Assembly (NCBI GenBank): GCA_045654725.1 | Contig: JAZONX010000042.1 | Span: 33,805 to 97,804, forward strand | Origin: Eubacteriales bacterium | GTDB lineage: Bacteria; Bacillota; Clostridia; Oscillospirales; CAG-272 | Direction: 5' to 3' | DNA: 64,000 nt | Part shown: in pieces, positions 63,280 to 64,000 of the stretch | Layout of the letters: the number at the start of each line of letters is the position of its first letter | How positions within the stretch are numbered: the first letter of the stretch is position 1 | Translations under genes and position numbers: made by a program | The notes under the pieces: generated by a model | What the model saw: only the letters and a program-made list of their open reading frames with translations | Databases searched by the model: none | Told to the model about the DNA's origin: nothing

Positions 63280-63917
63280 ATACAGCGAATAAGGTCTCCG
63301 CCCATGCACTCGCAAAGGCAGTCAAGACAAATAAGATTCATACAGCAATCACAGGCATCATCGGATGAGGATCTGTGTCTGTAATTATTTCCACCGTAAT
63401 ACGCGCTCTGGTATCCGCGGGTATTGGTGTTGAACATTTCCTTCGCCTTCTGATACTCATAGTTGCCGGGATCCATGTGACAAGCTATCTCGAGCTCGTG
63501 CATAGCGTCGTTCACATTTCCGCGGCGCATAAGAAGGATACTGTTCAGATAATGCCATTCGGCAGTACGGTCGCTAATTGGAATCTCTGCGATACGGCGC
63601 TCCGCCTCGTGGAATTTTTTGTTATTGATAAGCGTTCTGATCTCGTAATACACTCCCGAGCTGCTTCCTGTATAGCCCTGGTTGTATGTACCATTGCTAC
63701 CGTAATTCGAGCTACCCGACGAACGCATACGCTGGATCTCCTCGTATGCCGCATTCACCTCGGACATCTTCTCATTTGCGAGATCCTTGAGAGGGTTGTC
63801 ATCGCCGTAATTGTCGGGATGATACTTTTTAGCGAGCGCCTTGTATGCTCTCTTTATTTCATCATCCGAAGCGCTGCTAGACACTCCAAGAACTGAATAT
63901 GGATCCTTCACTGACAT
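63276..63917 (-). CDS. J-domain protein with TPR-like middle and Cys-rich C-terminal tail
   Basis: DPYSVLGV...YHPD J-domain with the HPD tripeptide. The C-terminus [27 protein letters not shown] has 8 Cys in 27 aa. Confidence 0.8.
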   Translation of the reverse strand: MSVKDPYSVLGVSSSASDDEIKRAYKALAKKYHPDNYGDDNPLKDLANEKMSEVNAAYEEIQRMRSSGSSNYGSNGTYNQGYTGSSSGVYYEIRTLINNKKFHEAERRIAEIPISDRTAEWHYLNSILLMRRGNVNDAMHELEIACHMDPGNYEYQKAKEMFNTNTRGYQSAYYGGNNYRHRSSSDDACDCCMNLICLDCLCECMGGDLIRCI

Positions 63918-64000
63918 TTCTCCTTTTTATCTTTACTTGGGTCCTCGTCTTTATCAAGGAACTCAATTCGCTTAATAAGACCGAGATATATTACATTATT
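63908..64000 (-). CDS. 3' end of an unidentified upstream gene (partial, runs off the window)
   Basis: Open frame ...[30 protein letters not shown]. Its stop TGA at 63908-63910 overlaps the J-domain gene start by 10 nt. Confidence 0.3.
   Translation of the reverse strand, partial: NNVIYLGLIKRIEFLDKDEDPSKDKKEKCQ

Noticed and set aside
1-64000. Search for CRISPR arrays, IS elements, prophage or integrase genes, tRNA/rRNA genes, toxin-antitoxin pairs or known defence-system genes.
   Set aside because: None was found by reading both strands. The only tandem repeat is the 9-bp coding repeat at 29981-30034. All inverted repeats found are terminators or short operator-like palindromes.

Overview
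Dense chromosomal segment of a Firmicutes/Clostridia-type genome. The lineage call rests on PolC, SpoVG, a SpoVB-type flippase, YtvI, a split transketolase and sigmaA TTGACA-17-TATAAT promoters, several TG-extended. I support about 60 CDS, two thirds on the minus strand and almost all housekeeping. These include nifS-nifU-mnmA, glmM, the conserved pyrH-frr-uppS-cdsA-dxr-rseP-ispG-polC block, split tkt, rpmB, ppiB, gdhA, mgtE, murC, spoVG, tpiA, pgk, tldD/pmbA, pgsA and rimO. I saw no rRNA, tRNA, CRISPR array, transposase, integrase or phage gene. The least ordinary locus is 29.8-35.2 kb. It holds two tandem genes for large secreted proteins that share promoter architecture, RBS and signal peptide. 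They also share a conserved about 25-residue amphipathic tail at the extreme C-terminus, behind a Pro/Thr-rich linker, and lack any classical Gram-positive anchor. One carries CBM25/26-like starch-binding modules, the other extracellular CxxC/His-rich repeats plus beta-sandwich repeats. Secondary leads: a terminator-containing leader with a 17-codon uORF upstream of a CNNM/CorC Mg-transporter gene; a long non-M-box leader on mgtE; a translationally coupled triad of small orphan proteins; an ArsR-SdpI-like-ABC operon; a J-domain protein with a Cys-rich tail coupled to a membrane protein; a coiled-coil/low-complexity protein; and a possible small RNA convergent on tpiA. All functional calls come from reading motifs in the translated ORFs by eye. 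No database search was run.
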